From an uncultured Chloroflexia bacterium (lineage in GTDB: Bacteria; Chloroflexota; Limnocylindria; Limnocylindrales; CSP1-4), in assembly GCA_963713975.1 (NCBI GenBank), contig OY970218.1, positions 608,001 through 672,000 on the forward strand: a stretch of DNA of 64,000 nucleotides. Reading direction: 5' to 3'. Every line of letters starts with the position of its first letter. Within the stretch, counting starts at the first letter, position 1. The notes under the pieces are model-generated. The model saw nothing but the letters and a program-made list of their open reading frames with translations. It searched no databases and was not told where the DNA came from. Of this stretch, positions 51,246 to 61,707 are shown one piece after another. The position numbers and the translations under genes were made by a program.

Positions 51246-52630
51246 CCGCCCGCGGCCACGAGCAAGTGGATCGCCCGCACGATGTCGCCATCGCCATGGC
51301 GCGGAACCGTCCGGAGATCGAACAGCACCTCCCCGCCCTCGGTGCGCGCGAGGATCCGTGGCTCGCCCTGCCGGAGCGCCGCCGCAGCGCGCGCCGCCGA
51401 CCGTACCGGCACCGCCACCCCGAACGACGGGAGCGTCTGTCCCGGCAGGGAGCCCCCACCCACGGGCGATTGCAGCGCCACGACCCGCAGGTCCGGCTCC
51501 TCGCCCCCGACCCGACACAGGCCGCGGATCCACTCGGCGCGGACGCGCAGCTCCTCGGCGTCCAACCCGATGGTCCGCCAGACGGGGATGTCCATCGCCG
51601 CCCGCCCGACGACGTAGATCCCGAGCGTGGTCGCGACCGCGGCAAGGATGGCCTTGTCCGGGCGGACGGCCCTCGCGAATGGATCGCGGCGCATCCTCGC
51701 GACGAGGTCGCGCCGTCCCACGATCAGCCCGGCCTGCGGCCCACCGACCAGCTTGTCGCCACTGAACAGGACGACGTCGGCGCCCGCGGCCAGCCGCTCG
51801 GCGGGCGTGGGCTCGTGGGCCAGCCCGAACGTGGCCGTGTCCAGGAGCGCGCCGGACCCGAGGTCGTCGATGACGATGGCGCCATTGCGGTGGGCAATCT
51901 CGGCGACCTCGGCGAGGTCCGCGGCCTCGGTGAAGCCCTCCATCGCGAAGTTGGATGGGTGGACGCGCAGGACGACGCTCGCCCGTCCCTCGGCCAGCGG
52001 CGCCTCGAAGTCCGCGGCGCGCGTCCGGTTGGTCGTCCCGACCTCGACCAGGCGGGCACCGGCCCGGGCCACGATCTCCGGGATCCGCACCCCGCCCCCG
52101 ATCTCCACGAGCTCGCCCCGCGAGACCACGACCGACCCGCGCCGGCCGGCCAGGCCCACCGCCAGCAGCAGGGCGGCGGCGTTGTTGGTCACGACCATCG
52201 CGTCCTCGGCACCGGTGAGAGCGACCAGGTGCTCCTCCGCGGCACGGAACCGCGGACCGCGACGGCCGGTCCCCTCGTCCAGCTCCAGGTAGCCGTAGAC
52301 GGACGCCCCCGCGATGGCCGCCAGCCGCGCGGCGCGGGGCCACGGCGCCCGGCCGAGGTTGGTGTGCAGGATCACGCCGGTCGCGTTGATGACGTGTGGC
52401 GGCATCGCCAGACCGGGCTCGTACGCGTCGTCGATCAGGGCGACGACCGCGTCGGCGAGCTCCTCCTCGCTGCTGGGCGGGGCGTCCGCCGCCAGCCGCG
52501 ACCGCTCCGCCTCGACGACGCGTCGGGCGAGCGCCGTCAGCCTGGCAGGCTCGGACACCTCGACCTCGAGCCGCACGATCGCCAGCAGGCGCTCCACGCT
52601 GGGCGGGACGGGGCGGTCCGGCACGCTCAC
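51242..52630 (-). CDS. selA: L-seryl-tRNA(Sec) selenium transferase
   Basis: [58 protein letters not shown]. Confidence 0.96.
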   Translation of the reverse strand: MSVPDRPVPPSVERLLAIVRLEVEVSEPARLTALARRVVEAERSRLAADAPPSSEEELADAVVALIDDAYEPGLAMPPHVINATGVILHTNLGRAPWPRAARLAAIAGASVYGYLELDEGTGRRGPRFRAAEEHLVALTGAEDAMVVTNNAAALLLAVGLAGRRGSVVVSRGELVEIGGGVRIPEIVARAGARLVEVGTTNRTRAADFEAPLAEGRASVVLRVHPSNFAMEGFTEAADLAEVAEIAHRNGAIVIDDLGSGALLDTATFGLAHEPTPAERLAAGADVVLFSGDKLVGGPQAGLIVGRRDLVARMRRDPFARAVRPDKAILAAVATTLGIYVVGRAAMDIPVWRTIGLDAEELRVRAEWIRGLCRVGGEEPDLRVVALQSPVGGGSLPGQTLPSFGVAVPVRSAARAAAALRQGEPRILARTEGGEVLFDLRTVPRHGDGDIVRAIHLLVAAGG

Positions 52631-53271
52631 GCCGGGCGCCGCGCCACGATGTCGTACACGTGCCAGTGCGTCGGCCCGACGAACGAGCCCCCGTCCTCCT
52701 CCGTCTCGTCAAAGGCCAGGATCTCGAGGCCATCGAGCATGCGCTCAACCTCGGCACGCGGCAGGAACGTGGTCCCGGGCTCGCCGACCCACTCGTGGCG
52801 GTCGCCGAAGATGTTGACGATCACGAACCCGCCGGGGTTCAGGTGGTCGCGGATCCGCGCCCACAAGCGCGTGAACGCCTCCGGCGGCAGGTACGAGAGC
52901 ACGTAGGCCGAGTACACGAGGTCCAGGGCCGGCAGGTCCACGTCCTCGACCGGCGCGGTGACGATGGAGACACGCTCGAGGACATCGGCCGGGATGCGCG
53001 GCTCGAGCACCTCGGCCGCCGCCGGCGCCCCGTCGATCGCCGTGACCCGCCAGCCGTCGCCGAGGAGGCCGAGCGTCTCGGTCCCGTCACCGAATCCGAT
53101 GTCCAGGGCGTGGCCCGGAGCGGTCCCGGACGCCGCCACGTGGGTCATACCGAGCACGAACAGGGGACGCGGCTCGCGCCCCATCGTGTAGCGGTAGTAG
53201 GCGGCCCAGTCGGTCTCCTCGGGGTCGTCCTGCGCCACAGGCTCGTCCGGCACGCGGGGTTCCTCGTCCAT
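52627..53271 (-). CDS. class I SAM methyltransferase (TehB/TPMT-like)
   Basis: ALDIGFGDG, GWRVTAID, LNPGG, HWHVYDIVAR; stop overlaps the selA GTG. Confidence 0.8.
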   Translation of the reverse strand: MDEEPRVPDEPVAQDDPEETDWAAYYRYTMGREPRPLFVLGMTHVAASGTAPGHALDIGFGDGTETLGLLGDGWRVTAIDGAPAAAEVLEPRIPADVLERVSIVTAPVEDVDLPALDLVYSAYVLSYLPPEAFTRLWARIRDHLNPGGFVIVNIFGDRHEWVGEPGTTFLPRAEVERMLDGLEILAFDETEEDGGSFVGPTHWHVYDIVARRPA

Positions 53272-53491
53272 CCGCCGGAGCGTACCCCGCCTGACCGTGG
53301 CGGCGCACCGGACGGGACGGCACTTGCCCAACGGGTCGTCGCCCGGGGAGACTCGGCCCCGCGACCTCCAGACGTCCCGGGGGCCGGCGACCGTCCCCGC
53401 CGCCACACCCTCGGTGCCCGGAAGTTGCATCATCCGGTTCGTGGCGCGCGGCCTCGGGGTCTGCGCATCCCCGGCGACACGAGGACGGCCC

Positions 53492-54652
53492 GTGGCTTCA
53501 CCGATGTCAGCGTCAGGCACACAGCCCGATCGCGGGACCGCAGCCGATGTCCGGCTGCTCGACGTGCGCAAGCAGTTCGGCGAGGTGGTCGCCGTCGATG
53601 GCGTGTCCCTCGAGATCCGGGCGGGTGAGTTCTTCTCCCTGCTCGGCCCGTCGGGCTGCGGCAAGACCACCACCCTGCGGATGATCGGCGGGTTTGAGCT
53701 GCCGACGAGCGGGAAGATCCTCCTCGGCGGCCGGGACATCACCGGCGAACCGCCGGAACGCCGTCCGGTGAACATGGTGTTCCAGAGCTACGCGCTCTTC
53801 CCGCACCTGTCGGTCGCCGAGAACGTGGCTTTCGGACTGCGCCGCCGCGGCGCGGAGAAGACGGAGATCACGCGCCGCGTGGGCGCCGCGCTCGATCTCG
53901 TCCACCTGCCCGACTTCGGCGGCCGGAAACCGGACCAACTCTCCGGCGGCCAGCAGCAACGCGTCGCCCTCGCCCGGGCGCTGGTGTGCGAGCCGACGGT
54001 GCTCCTGCTCGACGAGCCTTTGGGCGCCCTGGACCTCAAGCTCCGCCGCCAGCTCCAGGTCGAGCTGAAGCGTGTCCAGCTCGAGGTGGGGATCACGTTC
54101 ATCTACGTGACCCACGACCAGGAAGAGGCCCTTGCCCTGTCCGACCGGATCGCGGTCATGGACCACGGCCGTGTGGAGCAGCTGGGAACGCCCGAGGAGC
54201 TCTACGACACGCCGCGGACCCGGTTCGTCGCCGGGTTCATCGGCACCACCAACCTGCTCGCAGGCACGATCGAGTCCACCGCGCCCGGCGCCGCCGTGGT
54301 GCGCCTGGACGGCGGGGAGCGCTGCCTGGCCGCCGAGGGCATGGCCGTCGGCACGGCCGTCGACCTGGCCATCCGACCCGAGGCCATGACCCTGGCCACG
54401 GGTGATCCATCCATGGACACCGACGGACCCGTGTCGGAGCTCCGCGGCCGCGTGCTGCAGAGCGCCTACCTGGGGACGTCGGTGAGCCACCAGGTCCGGA
54501 CCGATGGCGGTCTCGTGCTGACCGTCGTCGTGCCACGATCGATCGAGCGGCCCTCCCAGGGTGACCGGGTGCGGCTCGGCTGGGATCCCTCGGACGTGCT
54601 CGTCCTCGAGCGCGTGACCGGGGTGCAGACGCAGGAGGAGAAGCGACCGTGA
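53492..54652 (+). CDS. PotA-like ABC ATPase (polyamine family)
   Basis: [36 protein letters not shown]-terminal TOBE domain; GAGGA RBS before GTG. Confidence 0.92.
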   Translation: MASPMSASGTQPDRGTAADVRLLDVRKQFGEVVAVDGVSLEIRAGEFFSLLGPSGCGKTTTLRMIGGFELPTSGKILLGGRDITGEPPERRPVNMVFQSYALFPHLSVAENVAFGLRRRGAEKTEITRRVGAALDLVHLPDFGGRKPDQLSGGQQQRVALARALVCEPTVLLLDEPLGALDLKLRRQLQVELKRVQLEVGITFIYVTHDQEEALALSDRIAVMDHGRVEQLGTPEELYDTPRTRFVAGFIGTTNLLAGTIESTAPGAAVVRLDGGERCLAAEGMAVGTAVDLAIRPEAMTLATGDPSMDTDGPVSELRGRVLQSAYLGTSVSHQVRTDGGLVLTVVVPRSIERPSQGDRVRLGWDPSDVLVLERVTGVQTQEEKRP

Positions 54653-55848
54653 ACGAGCTGGATCGAATCCATCGGCCGCGGCGCCCGGTGAGCCGCCGCA
54701 GGATGCTGCAGGGGATGGCGGGGATCGGTGCCGTGGCGGCGTTCGGCCCGACGCTGGCCGCCTGCGGCACGGGGGCAGCGACGCCCAACCCGACCTCGGC
54801 CCCTGCGACGGCCGCGGGGACGGCGGCGCCCACGACCGGGGCCTCGACCGAGCCCACCAGCGAGCCGACCCCGGTTCCCGAGCCGGAGGGCGAGCTCTAC
54901 ATCTACAACTGGGCGGACTACATCGGCGAAGACACGATCGCCAGGTTCCAGGATCAGACCGGGATCAAGGTCACCTACGACTTCTTCGACAGCGCCGAGA
55001 CGCAGTCCGCGAAGATCGCGACCGGGAACAGCGGCTACGACGTGACCTTCCCCACCTCCACCTACATCAAGGGGTACGTGGAGCGGAACCTCATCCAGCC
55101 CCTCGACCTGGGCCAGCTGCCGAACGCCGTCAACCTCGCCACCGAGTGGCGGAACCCGGGCTACGACCCCGGCAACCAGCACTCCATGCCCTACATGTGG
55201 TGGACCACCGGGGTCGCCTACGACACCGCCAAGATCGAGGAGCAGCTGACCTCCTGGAACGCGATGTGGGACGAGCGGTGGTCGGGCAAGATGGCCATGC
55301 TCGACGACATGCGCGAGACCTTCGCGGCGGCGCTCATCGTCCTCGGCTACAGCGCCAACACCACCAGCGACGCGGAGCTCGACGCGGCGCTGGCGCTCCT
55401 CCAGAAGCAGCAGCCGCTGCTGCGCACGTACACGACCGACGACATCGGGGTGCTCTCGTCCGGCGATGTCTGGCTGATGCATGCCTGGGGGGCGGACGTG
55501 TACCAGGTCCAGGAGGAGCGCGACACCGTCACCTACTACATCCCGGAGGAAGGTGGCATCCGCGGGTCGGACACCATGGTCCTGCTGTCCGGCGCCCAGC
55601 ATCCCGTGGCGGCCCACACGTTCATCAACTACATGCTCGATGGCGAGGTCGCTGCCGGCAACACGAACTACATCGGGTACATGGGCCCCAACGCGGCCGC
55701 CAAGGCGTACATCGACCCGGCGATCCTCGAGGACCCGACGGTCAACCCCGATGCCGCCCTGGTCGCGAAGCTCCAGGAGATCCTCGATCTCGGGGCCGAC
55801 GAGCAGAAGTACTCGGATCGTTGGACGACGCTCCGGGCGGGCGCCTGA
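54649..55848 (+). CDS. PotD/PotF-like substrate-binding Tat lipoprotein
   Basis: SRRRMLQ twin-Arg, LAAC lipobox, YNWADYI, PYMWWTTG, LDDMRE, IPEEG. Confidence 0.9.
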   Translation: MNELDRIHRPRRPVSRRRMLQGMAGIGAVAAFGPTLAACGTGAATPNPTSAPATAAGTAAPTTGASTEPTSEPTPVPEPEGELYIYNWADYIGEDTIARFQDQTGIKVTYDFFDSAETQSAKIATGNSGYDVTFPTSTYIKGYVERNLIQPLDLGQLPNAVNLATEWRNPGYDPGNQHSMPYMWWTTGVAYDTAKIEEQLTSWNAMWDERWSGKMAMLDDMRETFAAALIVLGYSANTTSDAELDAALALLQKQQPLLRTYTTDDIGVLSSGDVWLMHAWGADVYQVQEERDTVTYYIPEEGGIRGSDTMVLLSGAQHPVAAHTFINYMLDGEVAAGNTNYIGYMGPNAAAKAYIDPAILEDPTVNPDAALVAKLQEILDLGADEQKYSDRWTTLRAGA

Positions 55849-55884
55849 GCGTCGGCAACCACGAGCCACCACGTCCCGACGGCC

Positions 55885-56730
55885 GTGCACCAGAACCGGT
55901 TCCGCGACGCGGCGCTGTTCGCGCCGGGCCTGTCGTGGCTGCTCGTCTTCTTCCTCGCGCCGCTGGCCGTCATCTTCGTGGTGAGCCTGGCGACGCGGGA
56001 CCAGTACGGCGGGGTGGTGTTCGAGGGCTTCGGCCTGCAGAACTACCAGCGTGCGCTGGAGCCCAACTTCCTGCCGACCGCGCTCAACTCGCTCAAGTAC
56101 GCGTTCGCGACGACGATCCTCGCGATCGCCATCGCCTACCCGGTCGCGTACTGGATCAGCCGCTACGGCGGCCGGCACAAGGCGCTGCTGATCGTGCTCG
56201 TGATGCTGCCGTTCTGGACGAGCTTCGTCATCCGGACCTACGCCTGGATGATCATCCTGCGCGACAACGGCGTCGTGAACAGCGTCCTCGCGGCGTTCGG
56301 GCTCGGGGAGCCGGTCCAGCTGCTGAACACGGACCTGGCCGTGATCCTGGGCATGACGTATGGCTTCCTGCCGTTCGCGATCCTGCCCCTCTATGTCTCC
56401 ATCGACCGGCTCGACCCGGCCCTCGTGCATGCCGCGAGGGACCTCTACGCCAGCGGCCGCGCGGCGTTCTTCCACGTGACGCTGCCGCTGACCATGCCCG
56501 GGATCATCGCCGCGGCGATCCTGACGTTCATTCCCGCCATCGGCGACTTCGTGACGCCGGACCTCCTGGGCGGTGCCCAGACCACGACCATCGCGAAGAT
56601 CGTGCAGGTCCTGTTCATGTCCGCCCGTGACTGGCCGTTCGGCGCGGCACTCGGGTTCCTGCTGATCGTGGTCACGATCGTGGGCACGCTGGCCGGCCTC
56701 CGCTTCCTGCGCAAGGAGGTCATCGGCTGA
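55885..56730 (+). CDS. PotB-like ABC permease
   Basis: LPFWTSFVIRTYAW, LPFAILPLY, AARDL, FIPAIGDF.TPDLLGG. Confidence 0.9.
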   Translation: MHQNRFRDAALFAPGLSWLLVFFLAPLAVIFVVSLATRDQYGGVVFEGFGLQNYQRALEPNFLPTALNSLKYAFATTILAIAIAYPVAYWISRYGGRHKALLIVLVMLPFWTSFVIRTYAWMIILRDNGVVNSVLAAFGLGEPVQLLNTDLAVILGMTYGFLPFAILPLYVSIDRLDPALVHAARDLYASGRAAFFHVTLPLTMPGIIAAAILTFIPAIGDFVTPDLLGGAQTTTIAKIVQVLFMSARDWPFGAALGFLLIVVTIVGTLAGLRFLRKEVIG

Positions 56731-57551
56731 TGCGGTCGCGCAACCCGCTCCTCACGGGCTTCGCGTACCTCGTCTACGGGTTCCTGTTCGCCCCGATCGT
56801 GATCCTCATCCTGTTCTCGTTCAACGACTCCAAGCGCAACTTCGCGTGGCGCGGCTTCACCCTCAAGTGGTACCCGGAGCTGTTCGGCAACGACGCGCTG
56901 CTGTCGGCCCTGGGGGTGACGCTCCAGGTCGCCCTCATCTCGGTGGTCGTCACGACCATCCTCGGGACGCTGCTGGGCCTGGGCCTGGCCCGCATCCGGT
57001 CCAGCCGCGCCTCCGGCGCCTCGGACGCCCTGATCCTGCTGCCGATGGTCACGCCGGAGGTCGTCATCGGCATCAGCCTGCTGCTGTTCTTCGCCGTCCT
57101 GTTCGGCGCCAACGGGTCGATCCTCCAGATCGCGGTCGCCCACATCGCCTTCTCGATCAGCTACGTCGCGATCATCGTCCGGTCCAGGGCCGTCTCGCTC
57201 GACCCCCGGATGGAGGAGGCCGCCCGCGACCTCGGGGCGACGCCGCGCGCCGCGTTCCTGCACGTGACCCTGCCGTTGATCATGCCGGCCGTGCTGGCGG
57301 GCGCCCTGATCGCATTCGCGCTCTCGTTCGACGACCTGATCATCACCTCGTTCAACGCGGGTGTCGGCTCCTCCACCCTGCCGCTCTACATCTACTCCCG
57401 GATCCGGTTCGGCGTGACCCCGGAGATCAACGCGATCTCGACGCTCGTGGTGGTGACCACCGCGGTCGTGATCCTGGCCACGACCCTGTACACATCGCGG
57501 CGGTCACGCCGACTTGCTGCGGCCCGCGACATGGAGGCGACACCGTCATGA
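56730..57551 (+). CDS. PotC-like ABC permease
   Basis: FSFN, GFTLKWY, EEAARDLGA, SFDD, TLPLYI, TPEINAIST. Confidence 0.9.
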   Translation: MRSRNPLLTGFAYLVYGFLFAPIVILILFSFNDSKRNFAWRGFTLKWYPELFGNDALLSALGVTLQVALISVVVTTILGTLLGLGLARIRSSRASGASDALILLPMVTPEVVIGISLLLFFAVLFGANGSILQIAVAHIAFSISYVAIIVRSRAVSLDPRMEEAARDLGATPRAAFLHVTLPLIMPAVLAGALIAFALSFDDLIITSFNAGVGSSTLPLYIYSRIRFGVTPEINAISTLVVVTTAVVILATTLYTSRRSRRLAAARDMEATPS

Positions 57552-59026
57552 CCGGCACGATCGAGAGCACCGCGGCGACGTTCAGCGTCACCCCGCCGCT
57601 GGAGCCGATCCGCACGAACCGCCGGGTGCAGTTCCTCGATGACGAGCAGCTGGACCGGATGCAGGACGCGACGCTCAAGGTGCTCGAGGCGGTCGGCGTC
57701 CGCTTCCCCAACGAGCGGTCGCTGGAGATCCTGGGCGACCACGGCTGCGACGTGGACGTGGCCACGCAGGTCGTGCGGTTCCCGCGCGAGCTCGTGCTGC
57801 GCGCCATGGCGAAGGCTCCGCGCACGTTCACCATGGCTGCCCGCAACCCGGAGTTCGACCTCCACCTCGAGGAGGGCACCTCCTACTTCACCCTCGACGG
57901 CTGCGGCGTCGCCGTCATCGACCCGGACACGGGCCTCGAGCGTCCGTCGCGCAAGGAGGACCTCGCCCGCCAGGCGCGGGTCGCCGACTACCTGCCGTCG
58001 ATCGGCTTCGTGTGGGCCACCGTCAGCGCCCAGGACCACGGCCTGACGTCACAGCTCCACGAGATCGACGCCGCCTATAACAACTCGGTCAAGCACTTCC
58101 AGGGCATGGTCATGGGCGACGAGGCCGCCCGGTTCGCGGTGGAGATGGCGTCCGTTGTGGCCGGCGGCCGCGAGGCCCTGCGCGAGCGGCCGGTGTTCTC
58201 GAACCTGATCTGCTCGATCGCGCCGCTGGCGCAGGATCATGCCGGCCTCGAATCCGCGCTGGTCATGGCCGAGGCAGGGATCCCGGTGGGGTTCCTCTCG
58301 ATGCCGACGCTGGGCACGACCGCGCCGTCGACCTCGGCCGGCGCCTTCATCGTCGGTGACGCCGAGGTCATCTCGGGCATCGTCCTGCTCCAGCTCGCCT
58401 GCCCGGGCGCGCCGGTGTTCCATTCGATCATGAAGGCGCACGCAGACCCGCGGACCGGGTCGTACGTCGGCTACTCGCTCGACAGCGGCGTCGCCCGCTA
58501 TGCGCCGGTCGAGATGGCGCACCATTGGGGCGTGCCGTCGATGGGCGCCTGCTTCGGGACCGACTCACCCTCCGCCGGCACCTGGCTCTCGGCCTCGGAC
58601 ATCGCCCTCGACCCCCTGCTGGGCGGCCTGTCCGGGTCCGAGCTGGTCACCGGGATGGGCTTGTCGCGGACCTACACGCTCATGTATCCCGAGGGCATCT
58701 TCCTCGACAACGAGCTCTACGAGCGGGCGCGCCAGTCGCTCGTCGCGCTGGACATCAGCGACGAGACGCTGGCCCTCGACGTCATCGCCGACGTTGGCCC
58801 GGGCGGCCACTACCTGGCCGAGGACCATACCCGCCGGCACATGCGGTACGCGCTCAAGCGGGGCCTCGAGCACGACCTGGTCAACGGCCGCTATCGCGAC
58901 CCGGTCGAGGTGGCCAGGGAGCGGGCGGCCTGGGTTCGGGCCAACCACCATCCGGAGCCCCTGGGCACGGCCGAGCAGGGCGAGCTCACCCGGATCCTCG
59001 TGGCCGCCGGCGCGGCGCTGGGGTAG
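57548..59026 (+). CDS. trimethylamine methyltransferase (MttB) family protein, non-pyrrolysine
   Basis: LEAVGVRF, ICSIAPL, TAPSTSAG, DPRTG, LALDVIADVGPGGHYL..HT; no internal stop. Confidence 0.88.
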   Translation: MTGTIESTAATFSVTPPLEPIRTNRRVQFLDDEQLDRMQDATLKVLEAVGVRFPNERSLEILGDHGCDVDVATQVVRFPRELVLRAMAKAPRTFTMAARNPEFDLHLEEGTSYFTLDGCGVAVIDPDTGLERPSRKEDLARQARVADYLPSIGFVWATVSAQDHGLTSQLHEIDAAYNNSVKHFQGMVMGDEAARFAVEMASVVAGGREALRERPVFSNLICSIAPLAQDHAGLESALVMAEAGIPVGFLSMPTLGTTAPSTSAGAFIVGDAEVISGIVLLQLACPGAPVFHSIMKAHADPRTGSYVGYSLDSGVARYAPVEMAHHWGVPSMGACFGTDSPSAGTWLSASDIALDPLLGGLSGSELVTGMGLSRTYTLMYPEGIFLDNELYERARQSLVALDISDETLALDVIADVGPGGHYLAEDHTRRHMRYALKRGLEHDLVNGRYRDPVEVARERAAWVRANHHPEPLGTAEQGELTRILVAAGAALG

Positions 59027-59033
59027 GGGCGCG

Positions 59034-60491
59034 ATGCCTCCCGTCACGCCGCCGCTGGCGCCGATCCGCTCGGCCCGACGGCTCCGGCTGCTCGACGACG
59101 GCCAGCTGTCGGACCTGCGCACCGCAACGCTGGAGATCCTTGAGACCATCGGGGTCCACGTGCCCTCCGAGGACCTCCGGCGGCGGTACGAGGAGCACGG
59201 GGCGATGGTCGACCACGCGACAGGGATCGTGCGGCTCCCGCCCGACCTCGTCCGGGCGGCGATGGCCCGGGCACCGCGGTCCTACACCCTCGGCGGGCGC
59301 GGCTCCGACTTCGACCTGCTCCTGGACGGCTCCGCGTTCTACGTGGGCACCGACGGGTGCGGCATCCGGGTGATCGACGCCACCACGGGCACCGTTCGGT
59401 CCTCGACCGTGGCAGATGTCGCCGACATGGCCCGCGTGGCCGACGCCCTGCCGGCGCTCGGCTTCTACTGGCCGATCGTGAGCGCTTCCGATCACCCGGC
59501 CACGGCCCCGGTCCACGAGCTGCTCGCGTGCTTCTCCAACACGGTCAAGCACGTCCAGAGCGAGACGGTCGTGGACCCGCGGATGGCCCGCGCGGCCGTC
59601 GAGATGGCGCGGGTGATCGCCGGCTCGGACGTGGTCATGCGGACGCGCCCGCCGCTGTCGTCGCTGATCTGCGCAATCTCGCCGCTCGCCCAGGACGCGG
59701 AGGCGCTCGAGGCCGCGCTGGTGTTCGCGGAAGCCGGGGTGCCGGTGGGGATCATGTCCATGGCCAACTGCGGCACGACCGGCCCGGCGTCGATCGCGGG
59801 CAACCTCGCGCAGGGGGATGCCGAGATCATCGCCGCCCTCGTGCTCATCCAGCTCGTCCACCCGGGCGCGCCCGTGTTCCACTCGATGATGCCCGGCGTT
59901 ATGGATCCGCGGACCGGCGGCTACATCTCGACCTCGATGTCGGGCGAGATCGCCTATGCCGCCGGCGTCGAGATCGCCCATCACTGGGCCGTGCCGACCC
60001 TCGCGGGCGTCTTTGGCACCGATGCGCCGGAGCCCGGCTGGCAGGCGGCATCCGAGGCGGCCGTGAACCTCACCCTGTGCGGGCTCCTGGGCGCCGAGAC
60101 CGGGAGTGGGATGGGGCTGCTGGACGCGTGCACGCTCCTCTATCACGAGCAGATCGTGCTCGACGCGGACCTCCACGAACGGGTCCGGGTGAACCTCGCC
60201 GGGATCGACACCGGGCAGGAGGCGCTTGCCCTGGACGTGATCCGGGACGTCGGCCCGCGCGGCCACTTCCTGTACCAGCAGCACACGCGTACCGGGCTGC
60301 GGGGCATGCGGTTCTCGACCGTCTCGGGGCGGACAAGCCCCGACGGATCGGCGGTGGCTCCACGTCAGGTGGCCCGGGCAACGGTGGAGCGGCTGCTCCG
60401 CGAGCACCACCCGGAACCGCTCGATGACCGGCAGGCGGCCGAGCTGGAGCGGATCGTCGCCGCCACGGACCGGCAGCTGGCGGGCGCGTGA
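59034..60491 (+). CDS. trimethylamine methyltransferase (MttB) family protein, non-pyrrolysine
   Basis: LETIGV, ICAISPL, GPASIAGNLAQGDAE, DPRTG, LALDVIRDVGPRGHFL..HT. Confidence 0.88.
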   Translation: MPPVTPPLAPIRSARRLRLLDDGQLSDLRTATLEILETIGVHVPSEDLRRRYEEHGAMVDHATGIVRLPPDLVRAAMARAPRSYTLGGRGSDFDLLLDGSAFYVGTDGCGIRVIDATTGTVRSSTVADVADMARVADALPALGFYWPIVSASDHPATAPVHELLACFSNTVKHVQSETVVDPRMARAAVEMARVIAGSDVVMRTRPPLSSLICAISPLAQDAEALEAALVFAEAGVPVGIMSMANCGTTGPASIAGNLAQGDAEIIAALVLIQLVHPGAPVFHSMMPGVMDPRTGGYISTSMSGEIAYAAGVEIAHHWAVPTLAGVFGTDAPEPGWQAASEAAVNLTLCGLLGAETGSGMGLLDACTLLYHEQIVLDADLHERVRVNLAGIDTGQEALALDVIRDVGPRGHFLYQQHTRTGLRGMRFSTVSGRTSPDGSAVAPRQVARATVERLLREHHPEPLDDRQAAELERIVAATDRQLAGA

Positions 60492-61696
60492 CCCCGGACG
60501 TGGCCGATGTCGTGGTGGTCGGCGGCGGCATCGCCGGCACGTCGGCAGCGGCGTTCCTGGCCGCGGCGGGAGCGAGCGTCGTCCTCGTCGAGCGTGACGG
60601 GCTCGCGTCCGGTGCGTCCGGGGCGAACTCGGGCGTCGTCCAGCACCCGTTCGATCCCGTTCTGGTGGCGCTGTACCGGGAGACGGTCACCCTCTACCGG
60701 GACCTGGCGGCCGAGTCCCGTGAGTTCCGCTTCGGCGGTCGTCCGGCCGGACTCCTGTACATCTCTGCTTCGGAGACTGCCGTCCGTGGCCAGGCGGCGG
60801 CGATCGAGGCGGCCTTCCCGGAGCTCGGGGCGGTGGTGCTGGCCGGAGAGGAGCTGAGGGCGGCGGAGCCGCTCACGGCCCCGGGCCTCTGGGCCTGCCG
60901 CGTCGACATCGGCTACCCGGTCGTGCCCAGCGCCTCAACCTATGCCTACGCCACCCTCGCCGAGCGACATGGCGCGGTCGTGCGGACGGGACGGGCCGCC
61001 ATGCTCGAGGTCGTCGGCGACGCGGTGACCGGTGTCCGGGTCGATGGCAGGCGGATCACGGCCGGTGCCGTGATCGCGGCCGCGGGCCCGTGGACCCCGT
61101 CGCTCCTCGATCCGACCGGGGGATGGACGCCGATCCGGCCACGCTGGGGCGTGGTGGTGGAGGTCAAGCTGCCGGTCCCCACCCGGCACGTGCTGGAGGA
61201 GGCGGGGATCGAGGCCGTGCTTGACGCCGCCACCGCGACGGGCGGCGCAGCATCGGCGGGTAGTGCGGACGCGATGCCGCCGGTCGTCGAGGAGCCGTCG
61301 CCCGACACCGTGGAGTTCAGCATCGTGCCCACGCCCGGGGCGTCGTCGGTCGGGTCCACGTTCCTCGCGCGAGAGCCGGACCCGGCCGCCTGGATCGAGC
61401 CGGTCCTCGTCCGAGCCGCGACGTTCATCCCGGCGATCTCGGACGCGCCGATCCGCGGCGTGCGCGCCTGCGCTCGGCCCGAGTGCGACGACGGCCGGCC
61501 GCTGGTGGGCGCCGTGCCGGGCCGGCGGAACCTGTACGTGTGTGCGGGCCATGGCCCGTGGGGGATCTCGACCGGGCCCGCATCGGCGCGCATGGTCGCG
61601 GACCTCGTTCTCGGACGGCCCGCCGGGATCCCCCCTGCGCTGGATCCGGCGCGTCTCGGCGGCCCCGGCCAGGCGCCGGCGGTGCCAAGGCCGTAG
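60488..61696 (+). CDS. FAD-dependent oxidoreductase (DAO/glycine oxidase family)
   Basis: GGGIAG dinucleotide motif, GASGANSG, AAGPW, RPECDDGRPLVG, GHGPWGIS. Confidence 0.88.
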   Translation: MTPDVADVVVVGGGIAGTSAAAFLAAAGASVVLVERDGLASGASGANSGVVQHPFDPVLVALYRETVTLYRDLAAESREFRFGGRPAGLLYISASETAVRGQAAAIEAAFPELGAVVLAGEELRAAEPLTAPGLWACRVDIGYPVVPSASTYAYATLAERHGAVVRTGRAAMLEVVGDAVTGVRVDGRRITAGAVIAAAGPWTPSLLDPTGGWTPIRPRWGVVVEVKLPVPTRHVLEEAGIEAVLDAATATGGAASAGSADAMPPVVEEPSPDTVEFSIVPTPGASSVGSTFLAREPDPAAWIEPVLVRAATFIPAISDAPIRGVRACARPECDDGRPLVGAVPGRRNLYVCAGHGPWGISTGPASARMVADLVLGRPAGIPPALDPARLGGPGQAPAVPRP

Positions 61697-61707
61697 CATC
61701 GGCCTTC

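Noticed and set aside
49326-52757. 1143-aa ORF suggesting a SelA-SelB fusion
   Set aside because: The upstream half is an off-frame shadow of selA. SelB starts at ATG 51245 ([10 protein letters not shown]), and SelA is in a different frame.
53297-53310. attL/attR duplicate of the selC 3' end
   Set aside because: Only about 7 bp match (gtggcgg), insignificant at this GC content, and there is no integrase.
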